61,203 nt of DNA from a virus (taxonomy: Duplodnaviria > Caudoviricetes), in IMG/VR virus record IMGVR_UViG_3300042517_000342, positions 1 to 61,203 of that record; one strand, written 5' to 3'. Position 1 is the stretch's first letter. Each line of letters starts with the position of its first letter. The notes under the pieces are model-generated. The model worked only from the letters and a program-made list of their open reading frames with translations. It was not told the origin of the DNA and did not search any database. This document shows, one piece after another, positions 7,518 through 16,237 of this stretch. Both the position numbers and the translations under genes were made by a program.

Positions 7518-9123
7518 GGACACGATGACGTTCTCGTTCTCCGATGACGACCTCGATGTGGAGAACATCAAACTTGACCTAACGATTGATGAGCAGGTAG
7601 AGAAAGCCTTGGAGATTCTCCAAGCCATCGAGAACCAAAAGGCTGTTGAGCGTGTCTCCGGCTGGGTTCGATGGTTCGTGCCCGGCACTCCCTACGGGAT
7701 TGAGAATCTCCCAAAGCACCGCGCCTTTTTTTCCGCATCTAAAGACTACCAAGAGACTTACTTCTCAGCGGCGAATCGTGTGGGGAAATCCTACGCAGGG
7801 GCGTTTCAAACCGCTTGCCACGCTTTGACTGAGTACCCCTCTTGGTGGCCCGGCCGGAAGTTCACCAAAGCTACGGACATCTGGGTTGTCGGTGACAACA
7901 AGGAAACGGTGCGAGACATTATCCAGAAGATTCTTCTGGGAGATGTTGGGAAAATGGGCACGGGTATGATTCCTGCCGATAAGATCAAGAAGGTTGTCTA
8001 CCGCCCAAACTCAGGCGGCGCTGTTGACTACGCTCTGATTGAGTCTTCGTGCGGCGGTCTTTCCCGCATCGGCTTCAAATCATCTGAGCAGGGTATTGTG
8101 TCGTTCTACGGAACTGAAAAGGATGTCATCTGGCTGGACGAGCTTCCTCCTGCCGACATCTACTCTGAGTGCTACCTCCGTACCATGACCACCAATGGTA
8201 TCATGTACGTGACGGCTACGCCCCTTGCTGGCTTGACTCCCCTTGTGTTGTCTTTTTACAACAACGCTGACTTCCTTCCCCGTGGGTCTGAAGTTCCGGG
8301 TATTGTCAAACTCTCCCGAGAAGACGAGGAAGAAAAGGCCAAGGAAGCTCTCCGACGAGGAGAGATCGACCAGATCAAGAAGAACGAGAACGTGTCAAAG
8401 GCTGTGATTGTGGCGGGCTGGGACGATGCCCCTTGGCTTTCCGAAGACGCGAAGCGTCGTATGTTGGATGCCACTCCTCCACACCTCAAGGAATCCCGCT
8501 CAAAGGGCCTCCCTTCGATGGGGTCGGGTACGATCTACACCATTCCGCTTGAGGAAGTCCTCGTCAAAGACTTCGACATCCCGGCTCACTGGAAGAAAGT
8601 GGCGGGCATGGATGTCGGCTGGTCAGCAACCGCTTGTATCTGGCTAGCCCAGAACCCCGACACCAAGGAAGTTGTGGCCTACTCTGAGTACAAACGAGGT
8701 CAAGCCGAGCCACTTATCCACGCAAGCGCGGTAAAAGGCCGGGGAGATTGGATTCCTGTGGCTATCGACCCTGCCTCCCGAGGCCGATCTCAGGTAGACG
8801 GGAAGCAGTTGTTCAACATGTACCGCGAGTTCGGGGTCAAACTCTTTCCCGCAGACAACGCCGTTGAGGCAGGCATTTACCAAATCCAAGAGATGCTGGC
8901 CACCGGGCGACTTAAGTTCTTCCGAAGCCTGTCCGAACTGGCAAAAGAGTACGTTGTTTACCGCCGAGATCAGAAAGGCCGTGTTGTCAAAGAAAACGAC
9001 CACCTTCTTGACGCGCTTCGGTACGCAGTCATGGCCCTAAAGCACGCCCGCTCACAGCCAATCCCAACTAATAACTACCACGGAGGGTCTACAAACTATG
9101 GAAGCAGGTCCTATGACTGCTGA
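7507..9123 (+). CDS. terL: Terminase large subunit
   Basis: Walker A AANRVGKS, Walker B IWLDE, coupling motif TATP, nuclease GMDVG and DHLLDALRY. Confidence 0.97.
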   Translation: MVNKDTMTFSFSDDDLDVENIKLDLTIDEQVEKALEILQAIENQKAVERVSGWVRWFVPGTPYGIENLPKHRAFFSASKDYQETYFSAANRVGKSYAGAFQTACHALTEYPSWWPGRKFTKATDIWVVGDNKETVRDIIQKILLGDVGKMGTGMIPADKIKKVVYRPNSGGAVDYALIESSCGGLSRIGFKSSEQGIVSFYGTEKDVIWLDELPPADIYSECYLRTMTTNGIMYVTATPLAGLTPLVLSFYNNADFLPRGSEVPGIVKLSREDEEEKAKEALRRGEIDQIKKNENVSKAVIVAGWDDAPWLSEDAKRRMLDATPPHLKESRSKGLPSMGSGTIYTIPLEEVLVKDFDIPAHWKKVAGMDVGWSATACIWLAQNPDTKEVVAYSEYKRGQAEPLIHASAVKGRGDWIPVAIDPASRGRSQVDGKQLFNMYREFGVKLFPADNAVEAGIYQIQEMLATGRLKFFRSLSELAKEYVVYRRDQKGRVVKENDHLLDALRYAVMALKHARSQPIPTNNYHGGSTNYGSRSYDC

Positions 9124-11341
9124 CGCCGTGCTAGTCGCTGAGATCGAACTCTCCCCGGAACAGATGCAAGCCCTCCAAGAGGAGGCCGAGCGTCAAGACC
9201 AGCTTCGGGAACAGTCCCTCGGCAACCTAGCACGGGAAATCGAGGATCGGTGGACCAAAGCCTCCTCAGACCGCAACCAAAAAGAGGAGCAATGGCGCAA
9301 ATCCATCAATCTCTTTCTCGGAAACCTAGCCGCAGAAAGGGGTGCTCGCAACAAGAACCCCAACATTGCAGGCAATGACGGCGGAAAGGTACGACCTGAC
9401 CACAATCTGGTCAAGATCAAGTGTACAACCGCCATTGCCCAGCTTTGGAGCCAGCAGTTTGCGGGTGGAGACAAGAACTGGGACATCGTTCCGAGCGCTC
9501 GTCCAGACGTTGACCCCGGAATGGCAGCCTCCGCTGCGGAACTTCTCGAAAAAGAGATTGAGGACCAGCTCACCGCCACCAAATATGGCGACCGATGCCG
9601 AGATGCGATCAAGGATCGGGTGATCTACGGCACGGGTATCCTCAAAGGCCCGGTCCCCGCCATCCAAAAGAAGCGGATGTACGATATGGTGAACGGTCCC
9701 AACGGCCCGGTAGCCATTCCCCGCTTCGAGGCAGTCCCTCGTCCCGAGGTTTACCGCGTAGACCCTTGGATGTTCTACCCCGACCAGTCGGTTAACGACA
9801 TCCGAGATGCCGAGTTCGCCATCGAAGTCCACCCGATGAACAAAACCCAGCTTCGTAAGCTGGCTATGTCCGAAGGGTTCATGGATGACGTGATTATTGA
9901 CCTGTTAAAGCAAGGCCCTCAAGAGTACAACGAGGAATACTTCAACGATGTCACGGCACTCACCGACTCGGGTGAGAACTACCTCAAGAACAAGTACGCC
10001 GTCCTCGAATACCACGGCCCTATCTCTATCGACCAAGCCAAGATGCTCGGCCTAGAACCCTCCTACGAGAGCCTAGACGAGACTTACATCGGTGAGGTGT
10101 GGGTGTGTATGGGTCGAGTCATCCGAGCCTCTCTGGAGGTCATTGACGGGGCTTATCAACTGCCGTACATGGCGTCGGTCTGGTTGAAAGACCCCAACTC
10201 CCCGTTCGGGTTTGGCCTTCCCCTTGAGATGGAAGATGCCCAGCGCATCCACACGGCTACCCTTCACATGCTGCTGGATAACGCAGCAGTGTCCGGTGGC
10301 CCTCAGATCGTTATCAACCGAGAGTACATCAAGCCGACCAACAATGTATGGGAAATCCAGCCCCACAAGATTTGGGAGTCTACCGACTCTACCCTCCAGA
10401 GTATCGACCAAGCGTTCAAGTCGTACATCATCCCCAATGTCTCAGGCAATCTTAGTCCTCTCCTGAGTATGGCCCAGCAGTGGGCGATGGAAGAGTCTGG
10501 GATCAACGCTATTGCAGCAGGTATGGCGGCTCCCCAAGCGGGTGCTGATTCCGCCACCGGCCTTGCCATCATGCAACAGCAAGCCACGATTGTCACGGAC
10601 ATGCTCAACGTGGATTGGGATGATAACGTCACCCAAATCCTCATTGACCGTATGTACCATTGGAACATCCAGTACAACCTTCGTCCTGAGTTCCAAGGAT
10701 TTGACTTCGAGGTGGATGTCCGGTCCTCGACCGAACTCCGCAACAAGCAGATGCAAGTCAACAACCTTGAGAAGCTGTCGATTGAGGCAGGCCAGAATCC
10801 TCTTATGGCTGACTGGATCAACACCGACAAACTGACCGAGGCTCGTCTTGCCATGATGCGGTTGCCGGATGTTGGCATTGTTCGCACTCCCCAAGAGTAC
10901 GCTCAAGTCCAAGAGCAGAAGGCCCAGCAGCCCCAGCCCCCTGACCCGAACATGGTCAAGCTGGAGATTGAGAGGGGTCGTCTGGAAATGGAAGCCAAGC
11001 GCCTTGAGCTTGAAACCCAGAAACTCCAACTCGAAGCTACGATCCGCGACCAGCAGTTCCAGCTTGAGATGCAGACCCGACAAGAGCAGAACCAAGCTCG
11101 CCGTGAAGATGCTCAAGCTCGAATCATTCAAGCCAACTTGGAAAAGGAATCCAAGATGCTTGAGCTGGCGATGCGAGACGAGACGGCCCGAGCCAAGATT
11201 CTGGCGGACCTTGAGAAGTTCAACATGCAAGCCGAGACGGACAAGTTCCTTGAGGGTATGCGTATCAACGACCGTGCCCAAGACCGCCTGATGGCGGCTC
11301 AAGAGATGAAACTCAAAGCTGCTACTGGATCAGGTATTTAA
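9098..11341 (+). CDS. Portal protein
   Basis: 747 aa after TerL; podoviral portal motifs YGTGILKGP, VDPWMFYPD, SPFGFG, SATG; C-terminal coiled coil. Confidence 0.9.
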   Translation: MEAGPMTADAVLVAEIELSPEQMQALQEEAERQDQLREQSLGNLAREIEDRWTKASSDRNQKEEQWRKSINLFLGNLAAERGARNKNPNIAGNDGGKVRPDHNLVKIKCTTAIAQLWSQQFAGGDKNWDIVPSARPDVDPGMAASAAELLEKEIEDQLTATKYGDRCRDAIKDRVIYGTGILKGPVPAIQKKRMYDMVNGPNGPVAIPRFEAVPRPEVYRVDPWMFYPDQSVNDIRDAEFAIEVHPMNKTQLRKLAMSEGFMDDVIIDLLKQGPQEYNEEYFNDVTALTDSGENYLKNKYAVLEYHGPISIDQAKMLGLEPSYESLDETYIGEVWVCMGRVIRASLEVIDGAYQLPYMASVWLKDPNSPFGFGLPLEMEDAQRIHTATLHMLLDNAAVSGGPQIVINREYIKPTNNVWEIQPHKIWESTDSTLQSIDQAFKSYIIPNVSGNLSPLLSMAQQWAMEESGINAIAAGMAAPQAGADSATGLAIMQQQATIVTDMLNVDWDDNVTQILIDRMYHWNIQYNLRPEFQGFDFEVDVRSSTELRNKQMQVNNLEKLSIEAGQNPLMADWINTDKLTEARLAMMRLPDVGIVRTPQEYAQVQEQKAQQPQPPDPNMVKLEIERGRLEMEAKRLELETQKLQLEATIRDQQFQLEMQTRQEQNQARREDAQARIIQANLEKESKMLELAMRDETARAKILADLEKFNMQAETDKFLEGMRINDRAQDRLMAAQEMKLKAATGSGI

Positions 11342-11346
11342 CCACT

Positions 11347-11550
11347 ATGGCCGAGAAGAAAGTAGGAAACGCTACCTTCTTCGTGGATAAGGAGTCCTCC
11401 AGTCTTCAATGGCTGGAGGCTCTTGTCTCGGAGAAACATAGCCAAGCCGTCCAAAGCCTTATCCGGGCTACGGACGAAAAGGAAGCCGACAAGATGCGGG
11501 GTCGTATCCTTCTTTGTTCTGAACTGCTGAAACACATCAGCGACGTTTAA
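11347..11550 (+). CDS. Small hypothetical between portal and scaffold
   Basis: 67 aa; KMRGRILLCSELLK typical of small post-portal proteins. Confidence 0.65.
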   Translation: MAEKKVGNATFFVDKESSSLQWLEALVSEKHSQAVQSLIRATDEKEADKMRGRILLCSELLKHISDV

Positions 11551-11604
11551 CCCGCAATCCGTCCGCCCATTAGAGGCCGACCTAAATCGAGGAGATTACC
11601 AGAT

Positions 11605-12819
11605 ATGAGTCAAGACACAACTGTTGACACTTCAGAAGATCAGGTGTACAATTCGGACCAACTAGAGGCTGATCCTAACGCAGAGCTACAGGCCCGTTAC
11701 ATCGAAGCCCTAGAGAGTGGTGACAAAGACAAGATCGCCACTGTCGAGAACGAGATCAACGCTCTGTTCGGAAAGAAGCCCGAGGCCGAGGAAGACCCTC
11801 CGCCCCAGACTGAACAGGCTCCGACGACTGAACAAGCGGCTCCAGCTACGGAGGAACCTGCCAAGGATGGCGGTACTTCCGAGACGGAAGATTGGCTTGC
11901 CTCTCTCGACCCGAAGGTACGCGACCTAGTTCTCCAGCGTCTTGACCAAGAGCGCAAAGCGCGAGAGTACCACGAACAGAAGTACAAGAGCGACATCGGG
12001 CGGATCACCGCCTACAAAGAAAAGTACGAGAACGAGCGCAGGGCTCGTGAGCAACTTGAGCAGAAGCTAGCGTCCACTCCGGCCAACCAGCCCGCGTCGG
12101 ACAACCGCACCCCCGCTCAGGTCAACTCGGACAACGCCAAGCTCAAGGCGCTAAACGAGCAGATTGGAAATCTCGAACGCACCGATCCAGAGTTGGCAAC
12201 CTCTCTGAAGACGCTTCGAGACGCTTTCCTTGAAGAGATTGCTAACCGAGCAGCTCCCACTCAGCCAGTTATTGACCCCTCCATTCTAGATTTCAAGCGC
12301 GAGTTCGAGCAGCAGAAGGCCGAACTGACGATTGAACGGGAGCGGTACGAACTTGAGCGGCGAGTTCCGGGTGCTCTTCAAGTCATCGACTACGTTGACC
12401 AGCGAGGTTGGAGTCCTTGGCAAGAGTTCCTTACGACCCTGCCTCCCCAGTTCCAAGCTGCTGCCAACGAGCCTAGTGCCGACGCCTACGAGGCGCTCAT
12501 GCGATTGTATATCCCGTGGGCGGAACGGTACAACGCGGCTCACGGCTACACTCAGCCTAGTCCCAATAACGAACCACCCAAGAGTGCCCAGTCCGAGGTT
12601 GATCCTCGGGCGGCTCAGGTTCAGGCCAACCGTCAATCGAAGATGGTTTCTTCCACGGCAGCAGCCCCGGTCAAGTCGAGTCCGCCTCCAGCGGGTCGAG
12701 GGGGCAACACCATCGAAGAACTCATCCAGAGCGCCCAAGGTCTTGACCCTGACTCTCCCGAGTACATGAAGATCATGGAAAGGGCTTACGCACTAGCTGA
12801 GAAGGGCGGACTCAAGTAA
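11605..12819 (+). CDS. Capsid scaffolding protein
   Basis: Acidic coiled-coil protein immediately before the major capsid gene. Confidence 0.75.
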   Translation: MSQDTTVDTSEDQVYNSDQLEADPNAELQARYIEALESGDKDKIATVENEINALFGKKPEAEEDPPPQTEQAPTTEQAAPATEEPAKDGGTSETEDWLASLDPKVRDLVLQRLDQERKAREYHEQKYKSDIGRITAYKEKYENERRAREQLEQKLASTPANQPASDNRTPAQVNSDNAKLKALNEQIGNLERTDPELATSLKTLRDAFLEEIANRAAPTQPVIDPSILDFKREFEQQKAELTIERERYELERRVPGALQVIDYVDQRGWSPWQEFLTTLPPQFQAAANEPSADAYEALMRLYIPWAERYNAAHGYTQPSPNNEPPKSAQSEVDPRAAQVQANRQSKMVSSTAAAPVKSSPPPAGRGGNTIEELIQSAQGLDPDSPEYMKIMERAYALAEKGGLK

Positions 12820-12867
12820 CCCGCCCGATCAGTCCATCTTTAATCGAATCACGGAGGATTCATCCAA

Positions 12868-13878
12868 ATGTCGAATCAGGGTTTTATTCAGTACGGTAGC
12901 GCCTCGCTCCAGCAGCGTGTCGATCTCTACGCCGTCCCCAAGGCGCTGGTCAATGCCCAGCCTTGGCTCATGCTGGAAAAGCTGGGTAGCCGCACCGACC
13001 TTCCGAAGAACAAGGGCGAGAACATTGTGTGGCAGCGTTTCGTGCCGTTCGATGTCCCGACCGATGCGATGGTTGAGGGCCAGACCCCGACCCCGCTGAA
13101 CTTCCAGAAGGAAAACATCTCGAACCGCATCCGTAAGTTTGGTGCTTACGTTCAGATTACCGACCACTTCCAGCAGCTTCACTCGGATGTCAAGCTGTCC
13201 GACATGACCGAGGAACTGGTCAAGCGTGCTGCGACCCAGAAGGAACTGCTGACTTGGGAAGCCATTCGTGGCGGTACTCAGGTCACGTACGCGGGTACGG
13301 CCACCAGCCGTGCGACGGTTGACGACGTTCCCACCCTCTCGGAAGTCCGCAAGGCTACCAACGTCCTGAGCAACAACCACGGTATGTTCCTGACCTCGAA
13401 GCTGAATGCCTCGACGGGTCAGGCCACTGAACCGGTTCAGCCGAGCTTCGTGGGCGTGGGCCACCGCGATCTGGACGGCGACCTGCGTGACATGGACAAG
13501 TTCGTTGAGAGCCACCGCTACGGTTCCGGCTCCACCCTGAACGAGTACGAAGTTGGTTCGTGTGAAGGCATCCGCTTCTGCCTGACCCCGCACCTTGAGC
13601 CGTTCTGGGGCGCTGGCGCTACTGCTACCGCGACTGAGCGTTCGCGTGACGGTGTTGCTCTGGACGTGTACCCGATTGTGGTCATGGCCCAGAACTTCTT
13701 CGGCATCACCAACCTGAGCGGTGCTGGCAACGTCAAGGTGACGGTCGAGCCTGCTGGTAAGGCCACCAAGGACGACCCGACCGGCGAGCGTGGCTTTGCC
13801 TCGTACGTGTTCTGGTACGCCGTGACCCGCCTGAACGAGCGTTGGGGTGTCCGCATCGAAGCCGCGTGCTCGGTCTAA
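12868..13878 (+). CDS. Major capsid protein, N4-gp56 family
   Basis: LEKLG...PKNKG, EGQTP, EVGSCEGIRF, DVYP, DPTGERG...W...RLNE.W..RIE; strongly biased codon usage. Confidence 0.92.
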   Translation: MSNQGFIQYGSASLQQRVDLYAVPKALVNAQPWLMLEKLGSRTDLPKNKGENIVWQRFVPFDVPTDAMVEGQTPTPLNFQKENISNRIRKFGAYVQITDHFQQLHSDVKLSDMTEELVKRAATQKELLTWEAIRGGTQVTYAGTATSRATVDDVPTLSEVRKATNVLSNNHGMFLTSKLNASTGQATEPVQPSFVGVGHRDLDGDLRDMDKFVESHRYGSGSTLNEYEVGSCEGIRFCLTPHLEPFWGAGATATATERSRDGVALDVYPIVVMAQNFFGITNLSGAGNVKVTVEPAGKATKDDPTGERGFASYVFWYAVTRLNERWGVRIEAACSV

Positions 13879-13909
13879 TCCCAACTAATCTCTAAGGAGG
13901 AACACACAA

Positions 13910-14479
13910 ATGGCAATCTTTATCTCTGACCAGCTTCTGAATGGTGGTCTGCCGATCCGCTCGAACCATCAGGGTTTCGGTTCGATCACCACCCGTATCA
14001 CCATCCCGAACGGTACTCCGCTGGCTTCGGGCGACATCCTGAAGTTTGCTCGCGTTGCAGGCAACATCGTTCTGAAGGACGCGGTCCTGAAGACCGATGA
14101 TCTGGATACCGGCACCTCGATTGCTGGCACCATCGGCACCGTGCGCGCTGTGGTCGATCCGGCCAAGGCGTTCAACGCCACGACCAACCCGTACCTCACG
14201 GGTGCGGCTACCGCTGATGCGGCGGCTGGCCTTGGCGCTGCTGCTACCATTCAGGGCACCATGCGTACTGGCGGCGTGATCGCCGGTGCGGCGGGTCCGG
14301 TGGTCGCTGACGGTGTTGCGGATGTGGCCCTGACCCTGACGGCTTCGCCGGCTGGCAACCCGACTGCTGACCGCATCATTGAGCTGACCTTTGACTTCGG
14401 CGGTCTGACCCCGGCCAACGGCGCCTTCTCTGGCGGCAACGCTTACGACTACACGAACGAAACCGCTGACCTCGACTAA
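13910..14479 (+). CDS. Capsid decoration/cement protein
   Basis: Follows the capsid gene; Ala/Gly/Thr-rich; DDLDTGT motif; same codon bias. Confidence 0.65.
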   Translation: MAIFISDQLLNGGLPIRSNHQGFGSITTRITIPNGTPLASGDILKFARVAGNIVLKDAVLKTDDLDTGTSIAGTIGTVRAVVDPAKAFNATTNPYLTGAATADAAAGLGAAATIQGTMRTGGVIAGAAGPVVADGVADVALTLTASPAGNPTADRIIELTFDFGGLTPANGAFSGGNAYDYTNETADLD

Positions 14480-14518
14480 TCCTCGGGATTAGCGGGCCAC
14501 AAGGATGTGGCACCCCTC

Positions 14519-14565
14519 GGGGGAGGAGTTGAGGAGATGACCCTCTCTCCTCCCCCTTTTCATTT
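14519..14565 (+). terminator. Rho-independent terminator after the capsid operon
   Basis: GGGGGAGGAG/CTCCTCCCCC stem followed by TTTTCATTT. Confidence 0.75.
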
Positions 14566-14621
14566 CTAAAGTCATCCGAGCGGGTTAACCCGTCGTCCCC
14601 ACTACTAGGAGATCACAAACT

Positions 14622-15269
14622 ATGGCTACTAAGACTATCGCCCCGAAGACCAACCTTGCCAAGATGAGCCTTGCCGAGCTGAAGAAGACGGCTAAGAGCA
14701 TGAACATCACGGGCCTCAAGGACTGGGGTGAAGACGAATACCGAAAGGCAATTGGCGCTCGCCAGCGTGACCGAGTGATTGCTCGCGTCATTGACGACCT
14801 GAGCCAGCCTATCCAGCCGGGCTACGCCCGAATCGAGATTCCCCATTTCGGTGAAGAGAACCCCGCCCCGATCCCGTTGAACTTCAACGGTACGTTCAAG
14901 ACGATGGTCCCTCTTAACACCGTTGTGGAGCTTCCTTACGAGGTTGTGGATTCGTGCCTCGGCGACGCTACCTCCTTCACCCACAAGGAACAGACCGGCC
15001 CAGACGGCAACAAGTACACCGTCACCCAGCTGGCTATCGCTTATCCGTACCGAGAGTACGGTCGAGACGATTCTATCTCAGTAGCCCCCACGACCCGTAC
15101 CAAGGAAGAGCAGGGCATTCGCCAGAAGTTCCGTGCCATCTACAACCGCTGGCCGAAGAGCAAGGAACAGAAGGCGTTCCAAGACCAGATCAACGAGTTG
15201 AAGTTTAAGGAACTGGCCTCGGGCAATCTCAGCCCCGAGACGAAGGCCATCCTTACCGACTCGAAGTAA
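14622..15269 (+). CDS. Hypothetical protein with a Rho-N/HeH-like N-terminal helix pair
   Basis: LAKMSLAELKKTAKSMNITG; AGGAG SD. Confidence 0.65.
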   Translation: MATKTIAPKTNLAKMSLAELKKTAKSMNITGLKDWGEDEYRKAIGARQRDRVIARVIDDLSQPIQPGYARIEIPHFGEENPAPIPLNFNGTFKTMVPLNTVVELPYEVVDSCLGDATSFTHKEQTGPDGNKYTVTQLAIAYPYREYGRDDSISVAPTTRTKEEQGIRQKFRAIYNRWPKSKEQKAFQDQINELKFKELASGNLSPETKAILTDSK

Positions 15270-15304
15270 CCACCAACCCACCGGGAGGCGAAAAGTAAAG
15301 AACG

Positions 15305-16237
15305 ATGGATTTTCTTCAGCTCACAAATCGTACAATCTTGGAAGCGGGTGTTGAGCTTGACCCCTTGACTACGGGTACTTTCGCCTCCCCTTCCGACCCC
15401 ATGTACACCCGTTTCAAGAACTACGTTCGAGACGCTTGGTTTGAAATCCAGATGTCTCGAAACGAGTGGGAGTTCAAAACCAAAACCCAGATGGCGCTTA
15501 TCCGACCCCGAGTGAAAGCAATCCTCGGGGATCGTCCCACCGCACCTCCGGTGGATTCAGTCTTTGAAGGAGATACCACCGAGAAGAACATCACCGTCAA
15601 AGCGGTGCAGTTGATCGAAGGCTCTTGGTCGGCTGGTACAGCCGTCGCCTACCTTGATCTTGATGATGTGGATACCGCTGGTTGGGTGTTCGGGGAAACC
15701 TTTGATGAGGTTGATCCTACTCCCTCCAACGTTAACGTATTCCAACTCAAGTGGTTCGGCCAGTACAACTTTGTGGCCGACACGGCTGGTACGTTCGAGA
15801 TCAACAAGGCATCCTTCTACATTCAGAACGTAGATGGCTCGGATCGTCGTCGCCTCTCCTACGTCTCTTGGGAAAACTTCCAACAGCTTGCCAACACCTC
15901 GGGGACGGCTTTCTTCGGAGAGCCAATGTTCGTCACCGAGACGCAAGACGGTGAGTGGGACTTCTTCCCTCGTCCCCAAAAACAGTACCGAATTTGGTAC
16001 GATTACGTGACCAGTCCCCAAGAGTTGACTGATGACGACGATGTGCCGACTCTTCCCACGGAGTACCACGACGCTATCGTGTGGCGAGCCTTGATGAACT
16101 ACGCTGACTACGACGAGAAGCCTCAAGTGTTTGCTCGGGCAGAGCGTCGGTACAAGTTCTACCAGAACACCCTAGAGACGAACAAACTCCCCACCATCAC
16201 CTTTGGATTCAATCCCTATGACACAACTCAATTCTAA
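15305..16237 (+). CDS. Head-tail adaptor (tail tubular protein A-like)
   Basis: MDFLQLTNR, AWFEIQ...WEF, FFPRP, DDDVPTLPTEYHDAIVWRAL. Confidence 0.8.
   Translation: MDFLQLTNRTILEAGVELDPLTTGTFASPSDPMYTRFKNYVRDAWFEIQMSRNEWEFKTKTQMALIRPRVKAILGDRPTAPPVDSVFEGDTTEKNITVKAVQLIEGSWSAGTAVAYLDLDDVDTAGWVFGETFDEVDPTPSNVNVFQLKWFGQYNFVADTAGTFEINKASFYIQNVDGSDRRRLSYVSWENFQQLANTSGTAFFGEPMFVTETQDGEWDFFPRPQKQYRIWYDYVTSPQELTDDDDVPTLPTEYHDAIVWRALMNYADYDEKPQVFARAERRYKFYQNTLETNKLPTITFGFNPYDTTQF

Noticed and set aside
8290-8400. Charged insertion in TerL (EDEEEKAKEALRRGE)
   Set aside because: A short helical loop, far too small for an intein; probably lineage variation
12829-13884. 351-aa minus-strand ORF (also 10442-11302, 16587-17507, 24845-26011, 29939-31165, and 46401-47486 on plus)
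   Set aside because: Antisense shadows of real genes caused by codon bias; no SD or domain signal
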